A stretch of 63,401 bases of DNA, counting the filler, from Saprolegnia diclina VS20 (taxonomy: Eukaryota), in assembly GCF_000281045.1 (NCBI RefSeq). It is 4 parts of 2 records of this genome, joined end to end, with 100 filler letters (N's around TTAATTAATTAA, not from the genome) between each part and the next. Parts side by side here need not be neighbours in the genome. Positions count along the whole stretch, not along the records: positions 19,913 to 37,952 come from NW_008246070.1; positions 38,053 to 61,120 come from NW_008246070.1; 2 more parts are not named here. One strand, written 5' to 3'. The notes under the pieces are model-generated. The model made no database searches, had not been told where the DNA came from, and was given only the letters and a program-made list of their open reading frames with translations. Each line of letters begins with the position of its first letter. Position 1 is the stretch's first letter. Positions 24,247 to 38,703 of the stretch are shown piece by piece. The position numbers and the translations under genes are program-made.

Positions 24247-24782
24247 ATGCGCTTTGCCACGTGTGCTCTTGCTGTGCTCGCTGCGCTCGTCGCCGCGAAG
24301 GAAGACTTGGCGCCGACGGCGCCGCTGCGCATTGGCGTCAAGTACCGCCCCGAGTCGTGCGACCGCAAGTCCGAGAGCGGCGACCACCTCTCGATGCACT
24401 ACACGGGCACGCTGCGCAAGGACGGCTCCAAGTTCGACTCGAGCCGCGACCGCAACCAGCCGTTCGAGTTTACGCTCGGGTCTGGTCAAGTCATCAAGGT
24501 ACGTGCATCGCTTGTAGCCACCGCGGCTATGGTTCTGATTGCCTCTGTGTAGGGCTGGGACCAAGGGTAGGCTGCTGCCGTCACTGTCGACCGTTTGTTT
24601 TTCATCTCATGTGTGTCTTGTCTAGTTTGGTCGGCATGTGCGTCGGTGAGAAGCGCCGCCTGACGATTCCGTCGGGCATGGGCTACGGCGACCACGGCTC
24701 GCCGCCCACGATCCCGGGCAAGGCGACGCTCGTCTTTGACGTCGAGCTCCTCGCGATCAAGAACGGCAAGACAGAGCTTTAA
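24247..24782 (+). CDS. ER-luminal FKBP-type peptidyl-prolyl isomerase (FKBP2/FKBP13-like); exons 24247-24498, 24553-24566, 24626-24782
   Basis: Signal peptide; '[47 protein letters not shown]...[16 protein letters not shown]'; C-terminal KTEL (KDEL-like). Confidence 0.92.
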
Positions 24783-24856
24783 ACGCCGCACGACCTAATG
24801 TATTACACAATCGTATTGCTCGTCATACATCTGTGCACTTGTTCTACTCCACCAAA

Positions 24857-25883
24857 CTACGGCCGCGAATCTCGCGCCGTGCGAAGGTCCTGGGCTTGAA
24901 ACACCGACTCTTGCTCGAGCTTGCGCTTTGAGATATCCGACTTGTGGAACCGAGCAAGGACTTTTTCTTCAAAAGCCGCCTCTTCGGCCATGCGGTCCAC
25001 GTCCTCGGGGCTTGGCGCCGCGCGCTTGTCGTCCCAGAGCATTGCCCACGAGGTTTGCAGCAGCTCCTGTGCAGTCTCCATGAAGCTCATACTTTCTCGC
25101 GTTGTTGGCAAGCTTTCAGGGGATGTTGGCTTGGGACCGGCTAGGATCGACGCGGCTTTGGCACGCAGCGCGTCGGGTGCTGCGTCAAGTGACGAGGGCG
25201 ACGTCACGTCGGCGAGGGTGGCCCAGAGGTCATCGATGTGCAACGGCGTTGCCTTGCCATCACTGTCGTTGACGAGCTTGGCATAAAACTCTTTCCAGGA
25301 CGTTTCCCACGACTCGAGCGAGAACAAGTCATCCCACGTCACCTCGTCTTCTTCGTCCCACATCTCGCGCAGGCGGACCCAGAGCGCGGCAACGCTCCAC
25401 GTCGCAGGCGCCTCGCGAGTAACTTCCGAGACCTCAGTGTCTTGCTTTGCGTCGTTGCTTTTTGGTGCAGCCGCGTCTGTGCTCAAGGGCGTCTCGGGTG
25501 TGGCATCGCCCAAGACGGCAATTTCCATCGAACGCAGCCGTGCTTGGAGCGTGTCAATCTTGGCGGCCATGGCTGCGAGCTCTGCTTTCCGCTGGGCCTC
25601 CTTGCTGTCTTCGATCTCGACTTCTGCGCGCGCCTTGGCGAGCATGACCAGCCGCGCCGCCTCGTTCTCGCTCTCCATCTCGATCTTGACGCTGTGGAGG
25701 TACAGGCCGACCATGGTGCCAGGCCCAAACATGATGAAGCCGTAGAACGCTAGCCGCGGACCCGAGACGAGGTCGCTACGCATAGAGAGAGCACGTGAGC
25801 CAATGCAGTGGAGGGACAGTCGAGCCAACGTACTCGAAGGCGCGCGCCGGCGCCGCCGAGAAGAGCTGCTTGAAGGACGCCAT
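24857..25883 (-). CDS. Hypothetical protein with one TM segment and a coiled coil (one intron)
   Basis: Long ORF with coding bias; 'LAFYGFIMFGPGTMVGLYL' followed by a coiled-coil stretch; short first exon MASFKQLFSAAPARAFE inferred. Confidence 0.6.
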
Positions 25884-26156
25884 CGTTGGCCACTGGCATC
25901 CGGATGACCGAGCAGGATAGAAACACCCAACTCGCAGCCGATGCATCGATTCAAGAGGCCAAGCACATTGCACGAGATCCAGAGTTGTAGGGATCAACGG
26001 CTCATTCACGCTCTAGTGGTCTTGCACCCACGCGTTGGGCTGCTGCCTTCAGGCCAATTAGCCGCATTTAGTCGATAGGCCGATGTCAGGTGGCGTTTCT
26101 AGTGTTGGGAGGGTACGACACGTGCGATAATGTAAAGTGCAGCGGATCCACGTCGA

Positions 26157-27099
26157 TTAGACCATGCTATGCACGCGCGACTGAAAGTCTGCTTCAAGCT
26201 GCTGTAATCGTTCTTGGGCTTTGTACAGCGTGGCGTTGGCCAGCTCAAGGTTGGGCGGGAGGTCCTGGAAGCGATCGACCTTGGCGCGGACCTCATTGTT
26301 GGCAGCTTCGAGTTGCGCACACTGCTGCTCGAGGTGCACGAGCACGTCGTGGTGCAAGGACCTACGCGCAGCACATTGAGCTAGTATCGTCCACCTCGTT
26401 GGTGCAGCGTACGATGCGACGTGGAAGTAGCCACGGTCCGCGAGGTTCTTGTCGAGCTTGGCCTACCGTCTGGGATCGTCGTTGCGCCAAGCAGCATTGT
26501 GAGCGTATTACAATCTCCTTGGCATACACGGCGTGCTTCCCTGTATATTCTTTGAGGCGACCGTCCATCGTTGCCACATTCTCTACACCAAAATGTCATG
26601 ACGCAGGACGACATGAGATCGCACCGATCGCATCACGCTCTTGGGACGCAGCATCAAGCATCGCAAGCATGTGCTCCATCTCCCGCAGCTCGTTGTGCAG
26701 CTCTTGCTTGCGCTTGAGTTGCTTTGCTTCGTGGCGGCGCCACGTACTCACGGACGCATGGAGCGCGTCGTACTTTTCGCACAGGTCGGAGATCGCAGCC
26801 ACATACCTAGTGGATATGGTAAAAGCACTTCGGGCTTATAGCGATGTTTGTACGCGCTGACGTCGGTCGTATTGAGCTCGAGCACACTCGCCGCTTGGGC
26901 CATGAGGCGGATGTGCTTCTGGCTCGCCTACGAGCCATCACCCCAGTCGGCGCAATGGAGGCGCGAAGGTTTCACCCACCGAGGACAAGTCTTCCTCGCG
27001 CAGGCCAATGTACTGAAGAAGGTCGGCGTGGAGCGCATGCTCGCGCTGCATGTCTTTCCGCAGGAGCTGCCGCACGGCTTCAGCGCTCTCGGTCGTCAT
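26157..27099 (-). CDS. HAUS1: HAUS augmin-like complex subunit 1 homolog, multi-exon
   Basis: Last exon 'FQDLPPNLELANATLYKAQERLQQLEADFQSRVHSMV' resembles the HAUS1 C-terminus; upstream exons 'LLRKDMQREH...LSS|ASQKHIRLMAQAASVLE' fit its N-terminal region; the 5' end may extend further. Confidence 0.65.
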
Positions 27100-27435
27100 G
27101 CAAATCTTTTTTTATATTCGGCATCTGTGCCACATCCGCAAGCTGCATCCTGACCACAACACGTTGTGGCGCGCTTTGCTATCGCACGCAACAAGCCCAC
27201 AGCACCTCGATCCTTTCAGCGTTGACGCTCGTCTGCAAGCACGCTGGCTATTCCGACGGTGCATTGGGCTCCACTTACGAGGGCGATGCTACCGTCTCTA
27301 ATTCGGCATGTGCCGAAGATACGATGAAAGAGGTAGTGTGTCGAATATATCGAGTATGAGAGGGCAACGAAACGATTGGTGGAATCGACTGGAGCAAATT
27401 ATCGGATCGGACCACAGCCCATTTCCGCAGCAGTC

Positions 27436-28652
<1,217 letters not shown>

Positions 28653-28905
28653 ATTTGAGTTATATACTACCTACGACTAGTCACGTTGCCTTCCACAACT
28701 ATACTGTCCATACGACATGTCATTCTGATGGCATTGCACGCCTCACAGCTTCGAAAGTTAGCGTCAAGGCGGAAGCTTTATGGCACGCTTCTCCTCTACT
28801 TACTATGCTACTCTGACGCCACTGCTCTCACTCCTATCATCCGCATCATCATGAACGCGTCGGTTTCACACGCTCTAAATTGACATTGCAACTGCGACCC
28901 ACACG

Positions 28906-30807
28906 ATGCACGCGCGGGTCTATCCGTCGAGCTCGGGTGAGGCGCGGCCGTGGGTGGGCCAAGGCCTCGTGCTCGCCATCCTCTACCTCGTGCTCGCAAC
29001 CATCGTGGCGCTCTGCACGTACAACCTCGACCGCATCGCCAACACCCCGGTTCCGCTCGGGCTCCAGATCCATACGTTCACGTACAACCAGTGGAACGTG
29101 CCGATAACGACGCTGCTTCAAGGCACGACGACCGTTGCGCTCTCGGGGCCGCTGACCAACGACACCAACTCGCTCAGCGACCTCCTCTACAAGGCCTGCG
29201 GCGAGCAAGACGCTGCGTGTGCAGCAGACTTTTTGCCTGCGACCAACCGCATTTGGGGCCACGTCGCCAAAGCGTTTGTATCGATCCCGGACTTTGACCA
29301 GCCGCGCTTCCAGGACAGATCGCAGAGCGTCACGATCCAGCACATTAGCAACCTCAACGGGTGGAACAAGGCGACCGCGCAGTTCTCATTGCCGGGCCAT
29401 GACATGGCGATGACGTGCATGATCCGACGAGCTAGCTTCCGGCGAAAATCGGCGCCCGCGGCAACGCCTTCGACGATCGACACGCTCGCCTTTTGCTCGC
29501 AGCGCACGTTTGATCCGAACTGGGTTTGCGAAAACGATGTGGCGCCAACGGTCCAGACGTATGCGATCCAGGTCAACCAAGGCAAGGGCGTGTACGTGGG
29601 CGTCACGCCGCGCAACCAAGTGCACTTCAACCCTGGCGCTGTCGCCACCTTGACGGGCAACGGGACGACGTTGCTGGAGACGATTCCGTCCATGGACGAG
29701 TACGGTGCCGGCATCCTCTCGATGAATGCGCCGTGGGACGTGCTCACGGTGGGTAGCTGCACGACGTTCAACAAAGCGACAGGTCTTGGCTGGCTCATGA
29801 AGGTCAAAGGGCTCGTGACAATGACGTGGAAGTGCAATTCGCTCATGCTCACGAATGCCATGACGCTGTGGGCCCTCACGCTCGACTTGACGGCGATGCA
29901 GATCGTATACCTCCGGCGCAGCGTCATCTGCTGCGGCCCCGTGTACATGGCCAAGAACGTCGTCGGCCTCGTCATCCTGCTCGTGGCGTTCTATGGCAAC
30001 AGGAATCTCCAGACGCTCACGACATTTCTGTACATTAGCCCGAGCCATGACGCGGGCTTCTTTGCCTACTGCGGACCTGCGCAGCTCGCGTCGATCGTCG
30101 GGATCATGACGGGGACGCTCGTCCAGATGTGGTTCAATCCGCGTCTGGTGACGCAGACATGGCTGCTGCTGGTCTTTAGTCTTCTCAACGGGGTCCTGGT
30201 GTTTGTGCTCGAAGCGTTCGTGTTGCCGTCCTTGAACCATGAAGTGCCGGGACCGTGCGGGTCCCCGACCGCCACCAACTGCATTGCGTTCAGCATGATT
30301 GAGCACACGCACTACCTTTCGGCCGTCGCGTCATGCGGCGTCATCGTCCTCGCCATCTTCAGTGTCCAATGGGACGCCAAGCGCAGTGCCAAGCGCAGCG
30401 TGCATACGCACATTGACCCGACCCACTCGTTGCTGAGGTACTTGGCCGTGACCGACCTAGCGTCGATCGTGACGTCGCAGCGCGGACTCACCAAGGTTGT
30501 GCAGCGCGGCGACAAGGAACTCGTCGCCGTGGATGCTGGCGTCCTTCTCATCAAGAACATGGTCGAGGTGTCCCAGTCCGCCATCACGCGCACGTCCAAC
30601 CTCCAGCTCGAGCTCATCTACCGCCACGTACCGTTCGCCTGGCTCCAAACCTACATGAGCCGAGCCATCGGCTCCGTGCTTGTGGTGCATATCCATGACC
30701 ACATTCTTTTGCAGCGATCGAGCTACCAGTACCTCGGCGACATCCTCACAGCACGTGAGGACGAGGACGCCGAGAAGGATGACTCGATCAAGGGCTATCT
30801 TCTGTGA
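28906..30807 (+). CDS. Multi-pass membrane protein of unknown function (633 aa, intronless)
   Basis: N-terminal TM, ~270-aa Cys-containing luminal domain, then about five TM segments; strong coding bias. Confidence 0.75.
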   Translation: MHARVYPSSSGEARPWVGQGLVLAILYLVLATIVALCTYNLDRIANTPVPLGLQIHTFTYNQWNVPITTLLQGTTTVALSGPLTNDTNSLSDLLYKACGEQDAACAADFLPATNRIWGHVAKAFVSIPDFDQPRFQDRSQSVTIQHISNLNGWNKATAQFSLPGHDMAMTCMIRRASFRRKSAPAATPSTIDTLAFCSQRTFDPNWVCENDVAPTVQTYAIQVNQGKGVYVGVTPRNQVHFNPGAVATLTGNGTTLLETIPSMDEYGAGILSMNAPWDVLTVGSCTTFNKATGLGWLMKVKGLVTMTWKCNSLMLTNAMTLWALTLDLTAMQIVYLRRSVICCGPVYMAKNVVGLVILLVAFYGNRNLQTLTTFLYISPSHDAGFFAYCGPAQLASIVGIMTGTLVQMWFNPRLVTQTWLLLVFSLLNGVLVFVLEAFVLPSLNHEVPGPCGSPTATNCIAFSMIEHTHYLSAVASCGVIVLAIFSVQWDAKRSAKRSVHTHIDPTHSLLRYLAVTDLASIVTSQRGLTKVVQRGDKELVAVDAGVLLIKNMVEVSQSAITRTSNLQLELIYRHVPFAWLQTYMSRAIGSVLVVHIHDHILLQRSSYQYLGDILTAREDEDAEKDDSIKGYLL

Positions 30808-31077
30808 GTTCTCATCGTTGTCGCTGGATGGTCAATAGCGTAGTGTCTTTGATGGCATCGCGGTTGCAAGAGCGTCAGAGCACTACGTATGTGGTTCGTT
30901 TTGCGCTCGCCCAACTCAATTACTTGCCAGAGCGATATGGGGCTACACTTTGCACAGATAGCCCCTTTTATTTGGCTTCCCTGGACCATTTTCTCTCAAC
31001 ACAGCCTCGATCACGTGTCTAGCTTGTGGATGAAAAGTCGTTGGATTTAGGAGAATACGGGAAGGACCGTCGACAAC

Positions 31078-32763
31078 CTACTGTGGCGCGATACGCCACG
31101 CCGAGAGGGGCAAGTGCTGCAGCGCAACGAGGCGCTTGTAGGCAAAGACGAGCCAGAGAACGCCAAAGAGCGTGCAGAACGCGACTTCGGTAAAGTAGCC
31201 GTCCCAGAGCATCGTGCACGAGCCACCGGCCCCTTCGCAAGCCACTTTGGCGTGGTGTGTCTCGCAGGCATTGGTGTCGTCCCTCGAGCACACGCGGGTT
31301 GTCATCGAGTCGACAAACGCAAGGCTCAGTGAGTTGGGCCACTAGACAATTTAGGTGTTATAGCGAGACGGACTAGAGACATGGAATGCACCTTGGAGCC
31401 GAGGTTGGAGACCGTATTGAGGTACGTCATGTACGTGCCGCCAATCGACGGGTCGCTGACTTGGGCAAAGAAGGCCATTTGCGGCACGTACATCATGTTC
31501 GCTGCGAGTTCGTGGAGCGCTCCGGAGGCGAGAATGAAGAGGTAGTAGTAGTAATGCACGTCTTCGTGGTGGCCCATGACGGTCGGCGTCGCCGCCACGA
31601 TCGCGGCGTAGAGCAGGCCGACGACAAGGCGGCACGGAATGCCATAGAGGAAGAGCTGCAGCGGCGCGTCCTTGCGAATGCGGTGGCTAAAAAACACGGG
31701 GAGGAGGATGCCGAGTGGCACAAGGATCGGCGTGAGCATCGCCATCTTTTCTTTCTGAAGGCCATACTCAACGAGCTTGAGCGCCGAGACGGCGTCGGTC
31801 GCTGCAAACGCGACCTTGACGGTGAGCAGCACCGCGGTGAGCGAGAGGACGGACGGGAGCCGGAGCACCGAGAGCATCTGCTTGTACGTCTCGAGGATCG
31901 AGAGGCTCTCGGCGGTCTCGGGTTTCTCGGTCTTGCCGAGCCAAATGAAGAGCGTGGTGCCAAACATCACGTAGCCCCAAAAGCCCATAAATCCAGGCAA
32001 GGTCACCATGCCTACAACAATGCAGCGTGAGAGCGGTAATGGAGGCTACGGAAAAGGGGAAGATGTACCTGCGTCCGGGTTGGGCGCCGACCGAAAGTAC
32101 GCGTCGCATGTCGATGGGTCGTAGAGAGCGAGAAACCCGACGTACGCGATAAAGTACCCGAGCGTTTGGCCGACCGAGTTGCACGTGGACGCGTACCCGA
32201 CGTTCTTGGGGTGTAGCATCGTGAGCGCCCAGCCATCGACCGCAATGTCCTGCGTCGCCATGAGCGCGTACAAGACAAAGAAGAACGCCGTGAGCGCGAC
32301 AACGTCGGGCTCGTCCATCGCGAGGACGCTGCCGACAAAAGGGCCGCCAAACACCATGAGGCCAGCACAGAGGAACTGGACAGGAATGAGCCACGACTTG
32401 CGCCGGCCAAAGGTCTCCGAATAGATCGCGTCCACGATCGGCGCCCACAGCAGCTTGAGGCTAAACGGCCATGACACCAAGCTAAACGTTGCCTGCTCGG
32501 CGTAGCCGACCTAGCCACAGGCGTGGGTGCAACGAACGGGACGCGACGTCTTGTCGTACCTTTTCTTGGAGCAGGAACGGAATGCTGGACGAGAGGCCCA
32601 TCGGAATGCCTTGCAGCGTGTAGAGCACGAGCAAGATGAGGATGGACCATAGGTCGCTGTGGCTCGCATCTTCGTTATGAGCCGCCGTATCGGTCGTCGG
32701 CGGCGGCGGGGCGGTCTTGGTCGGCGGCGCCGCCTTGCGCTGGCGCAGGCTGCTCTTGGCCAT
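31078..32763 (-). CDS. Acetyl-CoA transporter (SLC33A1/AT-1-like MFS), multi-exon
   Basis: 'LYTLQGIPMGL', 'WPFSLKLLWAPIVD', 'GRRKSWLIP', 'ATQDIAVDGWALTML', 'SDPSIGGTYMTYLNTVSNLG'. Confidence 0.92.
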
Positions 32764-34005
32764 CGTGTCGGGAATGAGCAATCGACCACCACGTGGCGTG
32801 GAGGATTGCCGCGACTCGTTTCGACCAATCATATGGCGCTGTTGACGTACTACGGATAAACAGAGAATATCCGGAACCGAGCGCATTCGAGCTCTTCAGA
32901 GCGGACACCTTTCACACCGGCATTTCACACACGCACGTGATTCAAGTGTATTTCACACGGTAGGATCGCGTTGCAGTCGTCGGTCGACAAGCTACTCGGG
33001 GCTATGACCATGCGCCACTGCACTTGCCGCAACACCATGACCGTGCAGTCGACACAGCCTGCGCCGTCGGTGGCCTAGCAGCTCAAGAGCAGAGTCCTCT
33101 TCTCGCTGTGCTGCCCCCTCTCGGCGCCTCCGCCATCGTCGGTTGTGTTGGCGCCTTTTCGTCAAGAGGTTGGCGGCGGTGATTGCGCCGGTCGACTGCG
33201 ACGCATCGTCCCATTGCACCGTTCCCATGTTCCTCCAATTCGTACCTGCAAGGCAGGCTCCTGGCCGCACATCTCACTTTTGCCCTCCCCTCCCATCGCC
33301 TGTCGTTGCTCACGCTCGCAAGACTCGTTGGTCACACGGGACAATGCGACGCGCTCGCTCTTTTGCATCGCCGCCACCAACACGACAATCGACAAATGAC
33401 GTTGAGCCATACGAGCTGCCGCTCAGCGAGCGCAGACTTGGCGTCGACCGCACGCAACACAGAATACGCGTAAAGCTACCAAGTCTTTTCCGCGTCGAGT
33501 TGGCTCCAAACGAAGTCGTCTCTTCGCCCCATGTGGAGGCTCACATCAGATAAGCAAGGAATTGTGTGGACGAGGTACACTGACGGCGTGCGACACCTCG
33601 CCCACGCGCGTCATTTCTTTCCGCCGCGTCGTAGCTCGTCGATACCAATGTAGGAAGTGCGCCACAAGAAGGACATGGCGATAAGATCGCGCTGCAACTC
33701 AAAAGGTAGCCACTAAGATCTATGGAAGCGGCGTCAAAGCAACGGGCGGTCGTCGGTGTCGCTTCCAGCGGTTCAAATGTGTAACGGCAGGTGGTTCGGT
33801 CACCTTATTTTAGATTTCACAACGGCGACTTACAAACACCAAGTACAGATCAACGATTTAAATTAAATTGGTCGGGCCAGCTGGCCGCACTTGAGCGTGT
33901 CAAACGCCGCACTTTACGGAGATGCCCGTGCAATGCGTCGGCGACCCGACTAAGTCCGCGTGGCCGGCAAACTGCTTGCAGGCTGGTAGTAGACAAATCG
34001 ACGCG

Positions 34006-35795
34006 ATGGCTCCGTCGCAGTGGCCGCTGGACAACGGCAGCATTAGCTCCCCCGCGCTGCGCTGCGGCTCCAAGAACGTGGCCTCGTGCCTGCGCCGCGT
34101 GCAGCGCAGCGCCGTGCTCTTCGCGGTCCGCGTCTCGAAGCGGCCGCGGCTATTGCGGTTGCTTGGGCTCCTTGTCGCGCTCGGGCTCGGCGTCGCGTTT
34201 TGGTACCACAAGTACTTCAACATCAAGCCCGTCTTCCGGAGCGACATGGACAGCACGATGACGACGATCCCGCACTTCAACGCGGACCAGATCCATACGC
34301 GCTGGACCGACGAGTCGTTCGAGTGCATTGGGTGGCACGAGACCGACACGTGCGAGCCCGAGAACACGTACCCGCGGCGCGAGCTCGCCAAGATGCGGTC
34401 GTGTTCCGAGATGGTCGAGCGGCGCAAGGCGGGCTACTGCGAAGTGCGCAACCGCACGAGCGGCGCTATCCTGCGCCTCATGGTGACCTCGTGCCGCAGC
34501 ATCGTCAACCGCGACTTTACGTGCGACATGGCCCGGGACTTTTCCGAGTTTTCGCTCCTCGCCAAGCACTACCAGCATTCGCCGATGGCCACGTCGCTGA
34601 CGCTGCCGACCGCGCAGCAGCACCCGCCGACGAATGCGATCCTCATGATCGTGTACGACAAGGTGCTTCCGTCCGCGTACGCTGCAATCCGCGTCTTGCG
34701 CGACCACGGCTGCGAGATCCCGATCGAAATGTGGTACCGCCCCGATGAAATGTCGGCCGACGTGCCCCTCATCCACGAGCTCACGCGCGACTACAACGTG
34801 CACATGCGCGAGATCTTTGACAAGCGCGCAGTGGGCTTCCACACCAAGCCGCACGCAGTGTACTACAGCGCGTACGACAATATCTTGCTCTTGGACGCGG
34901 ACAACATCCCGGTGCGCGACCCGAGCTACCTCTTTGAGGACCCGACGTTCCTCCGGGACGGCGCCGTCTTTTGGCCCGACTATTGGCAGCCGGCGAACTC
35001 GCTCTTTGACGTGCACAGCCACTCGCTCGTGTGGCAGCTCCTCGGCATGGACTTCTGGGACCAATTCGAGCAAGAGTCGGGCCAAGTGCTCATCAACCGC
35101 CGCAAGGCCAAGGACGCGCTCAACAAGCTCATGTACTACTCGACGCACGAGCCGCACCTCATCGATAAGCTCTCGCTGGTGTGGGGCGACAAGGACCTCT
35201 TCCGCCTCGCGTGGCGCAACACGTCGACGCCATACCACATGATTGAGCGCCCGCCGGCCATCGGCGGCATCTACAGGTTCAAACGCCTTCTACTTCGGCG
35301 TGGTCGTAACTTGAGTGTAGCTATGCGAAGCGGGTATTCTGCGGCCTCGCCATGGTGCAGTACGACCCGACGGGCAACATAGTCTTCTTCCACCGCAACT
35401 CGGTCAAGCTCGACGGATCGGCCAACCAGCCGCACACGATCACGCACATCCAGCAGTACCGGTCGTCGCGGCCAGCGTCCGAGTACCGCGTCGGCCAGAT
35501 CATCGCCGAACTCGACCAAGAGAGCTGCTACCACATTCGCTCCAACAAGACGATGGACGGCGAGTTGCCGACGTTCATTACGCCCATCGAGTACACGCCG
35601 TACGCGGCGATCGAGCCGGCAGCGATCAAGTATTCGATCGTGGGCCGGAAGCTCCACGAGGCCGGCATGGCGCATCTGCACTTTGGCGAGTCGCTCGTCT
35701 ACCTCTGCGTCATTGGCGCCGTCATTCTCGTCTACTGGCAGTACATGAAGCGCGCGCAGGGCAAGCACCTGCCCGCGCGATGGAAGTCGTACTGA
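34006..35795 (+). CDS. GT71 (MNN2/Mannosyl_trans3-like) alpha-mannosyltransferase, one intron
   Basis: N-terminal TM anchor; 'PIEMWY', 'LLLDADN', 'AVFWPDYW', 'EQESGQVLI', 'WGDKDLFRLAW', 'MVQYDP.G...F.HRN'. Confidence 0.88.
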
Positions 35796-37410
35796 TGAGG
35801 CGAAATGCGATCGGTAGTGTAGAGTACAGTAAGAAGATGAAGATGCGGATGATTGCATGCGTTCGAGTCTTGGTGGCATCCCGCCACGCATTCGACCACG
35901 TCGTTCCTAGTACCAAGGAGCTCCACACATGCACATGCAGAGCTCGCATGCATTATAACTCGTTGTCCATAGCCTCTGCATGCGCAGACGCTACCTAGCC
36001 GTGAACCACCATCAAACGCGTCGTCGACAAGCCCAGCTGCGACGATCTCTCTGCTTCAACGCTCGGTTCGTATTTCGTCCAGGGCACACAAGCCGATGCG
36101 AATCCCGAGCCGCGCGTTCGTAGGTGGAATACCAACGCGGTTGCCTTGAGAAAACCGAGGGTCTTGCTGCGTATGGAGGACGTGCTAGTACGGGGACGCT
36201 CCGTGCGAGGAATCGCGCACCTGTCTCATTATCCCATGCGGCGCTCGGGGGCCAAGTGCGGCCTCATACAATGGATCAGGGCTGGGCGTTCGTTGCCGTG
36301 AATATTGTGGTTGAATCAGCTCGTTTGGTTTGGCTACTGTGAGGAGGCTTCCGCGGGCGCTCGACAGGCGGCAGAGAAGGACCCGCAGAGTACACATCCC
36401 AGACAAGCAAGCCGACGTTCAAGAAGTTGTCGCGTGCATTTCCACAAGTAATTGGTACTAAACAAGAAGAAGTCGGATAGCTGCACTTCTATATTCTATC
36501 CAGTATATGGCCGACCGATGTTGAAGTCGACCTCGTTGCTCCAGAAACGAGGGGCGATGGTTGAAGGCGACAAACACATGTCGAGTGATACTGCTAACGC
36601 TGGTGCGTGTGACGTGATGAGAAATGTGGTACTGCTCCATCCCTGTCCTGTCCGGTCCTTCGGCGCGGATTCCTAGTAGGTGTGATTCGAACGCGCAGAG
36701 TATTTCAAAGCCACGCACTTCTCTGCACCTTCTTTGGCTTTTTTGGCTTGGGTCGTCTGCCGTGTGCCGGGTTGTTGCTTGGTATGGCTCGTAGCTTGGT
36801 GATCGTTCGCACTGGATGTACGAGATCGAACGGGCTCTTCTGGTCCGACCGAAGCCTTGTCGTCGTCGTCGATGAGGAAGAACTCCAAAGCAGGAGGAGG
36901 ACGAAGAAGCGGGGGTTGTCCGGCTGCGCACATCTGCCCCTTCTTTGCGAGCGTTTGATCATCCACCTCTTTCGGCGCGGGATGCCACTGCGCTGGCGAT
37001 CGCTTTGACGCGCCAGCTGGTGCTATCAGCGATCGACTACGATCTTAGTTCATAGAAAAGACAGGCGTGTTGTCATGTTGTAGTTTGTGGAGCTCATGGA
37101 CGAGTCGGCTGAAGCGGCCATATCGCCGTCGCTAGTACTTGGGACGTCGTTGCGAGATAACATCACCACCCGCGTGTACGCAGGCGAGGATCGGTGCGAG
37201 ATGGATATTTGCGAGGCTTATCCGGGTGGGCTCCGGGTGGGACGTTATCATGGGCGTAGGACGCTCCCATTGAAGTTCAAGCGCGATCGTGCTGGTCCTG
37301 CGTGAGTAGCCACCCACCTAGACTGCAGACGCTTCCTTGAAGCCGCCACGCAGCTTTAGCTAGTGTCATCACTTTTGCTTTTGCTTTGGCCTTGACAACC
37401 TCCAGCTACC

Positions 37411-37952
37411 ATGGGCCTCGAAGACGGCAAGGACTACGAAGCGGTCGCGACGCCGATTGACAAGGGCCTCGACGACGAGCCCGCCGTCGACAAGCATATC
37501 GAAGGCTGCTCGATCCCGTTCATGATTCTCCTCTGCGCGCCCAAGATGGCCATGAACATGGCCTGGGCCGCGCAATGGGCCGCCCTCGGCCCCGTGCTCC
37601 AGATCCTCCTCGACTCGTCGTGGGTCCAGGTCGTCCAGCTTGTCGGGCCTACCTCCGGTCTCCTCGTCGCGCCGACGATCGGTGTCCTCTCGGACGCGTG
37701 CACGTCCAAGTACGGTCGTCGCCGCCCGTACCTCTTCTGGGGTGCGATCACAAGCGCGCTCTGCTGGCTCGTCATGATGCACGCTGTCGACATTGGTGAG
37801 GCGCTCGGCGACACCAACACAACCATGATCAACAAGTACGTCGCCGACAAGACCGAAAATCTCATCGACCGCAAGTGGACGACGGTCTTCACGGTCCTCT
37901 GCTACATTTGGATGGACATTACGTGCAACATCACCCAAGTCCCGGCCGGTCT
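37411..37952 (+). CDS. GPH-family (sucrose transporter/SLC45-like) sugar transporter, 5' part only, cut by the gap
   Basis: 'WAAQWAAL', 'GVLSD.CTSKYGRRRPY'; closely similar to 55026-56489. Confidence 0.85.
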
Positions 37953-38052
37953 NNNNNNNNNNNNNNNNNNNNNNNNNNNNNNNNNNNNNNNNNNNNTTAA
38001 TTAATTAANNNNNNNNNNNNNNNNNNNNNNNNNNNNNNNNNNNNNNNNNNNN
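37953..38052. other. Assembly gap with artificial linker
   Basis: N44-TTAATTAATTAA-N44. Confidence 0.97.
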
Positions 38053-38703
38053 CGAGAGCTTGCGTATGCGGACCGATCTTACGTGCAGTCTATGTACGTA
38101 CTCTCAGCTATACTCTCTTGCAATGACCATGCTCCTTTGGTCTCATCCAAGGGGAAGTTGTTGCCTTGGTCCCATGTCACTTTTCACTGGAGCGGTGGGT
38201 ACGAGGAGCTCTGGCTGTACTACAGTACCAAGTAGTAATGTGTAAAGACGTCCATTGCGCGACGGTCCATCGCACATCGTGACAGCACTCAGTGCACCCA
38301 CCACGCTTCTGGCTGCCGACTGCGAAGATTCGGTCACCTATTTTCGATGCCAAATGTGCTCGACCAAAGGCTCCATCTCGCTCGACGCGGCTGCTTCCTA
38401 CGCTTGTTGTCCAGGACGAATGGCAGTTGTAACGTGCAAGGTCGCACATGCTGCGAAGACCGCGAGGAGCATTACGCGGGTGCGCGCCGGATCTTGAGTG
38501 GGCACCGTAGACGATGTCGATACAGTTGCCTACGTACGCTTGAATTTGCGACCTAGTGCTTGCAAATACACTTGACATTTGTATGGACACCGTAGTCTAC
38601 GGGAAACGTGACAGTGCAATCTCGTCGAGTTCCATCTGAGTCGGAACGGAAAGGCGAGGTGCAAAGAACGACCACGGACTTGCCATTTGGACTTGGTCGC
38701 CCC

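Noticed and set aside
31078..35795. Divergent acetyl-CoA transporter and mannosyltransferase as a glycan-acetylation module
   Set aside because: Only adjacency supports it; no acetyltransferase is present and both families are widespread.
35950..37350. Small ORFs between the mannosyltransferase and the first sugar transporter (e.g. 36673-36966)
   Set aside because: Weak coding signal and no family motifs; a gene cannot be supported from sequence alone.
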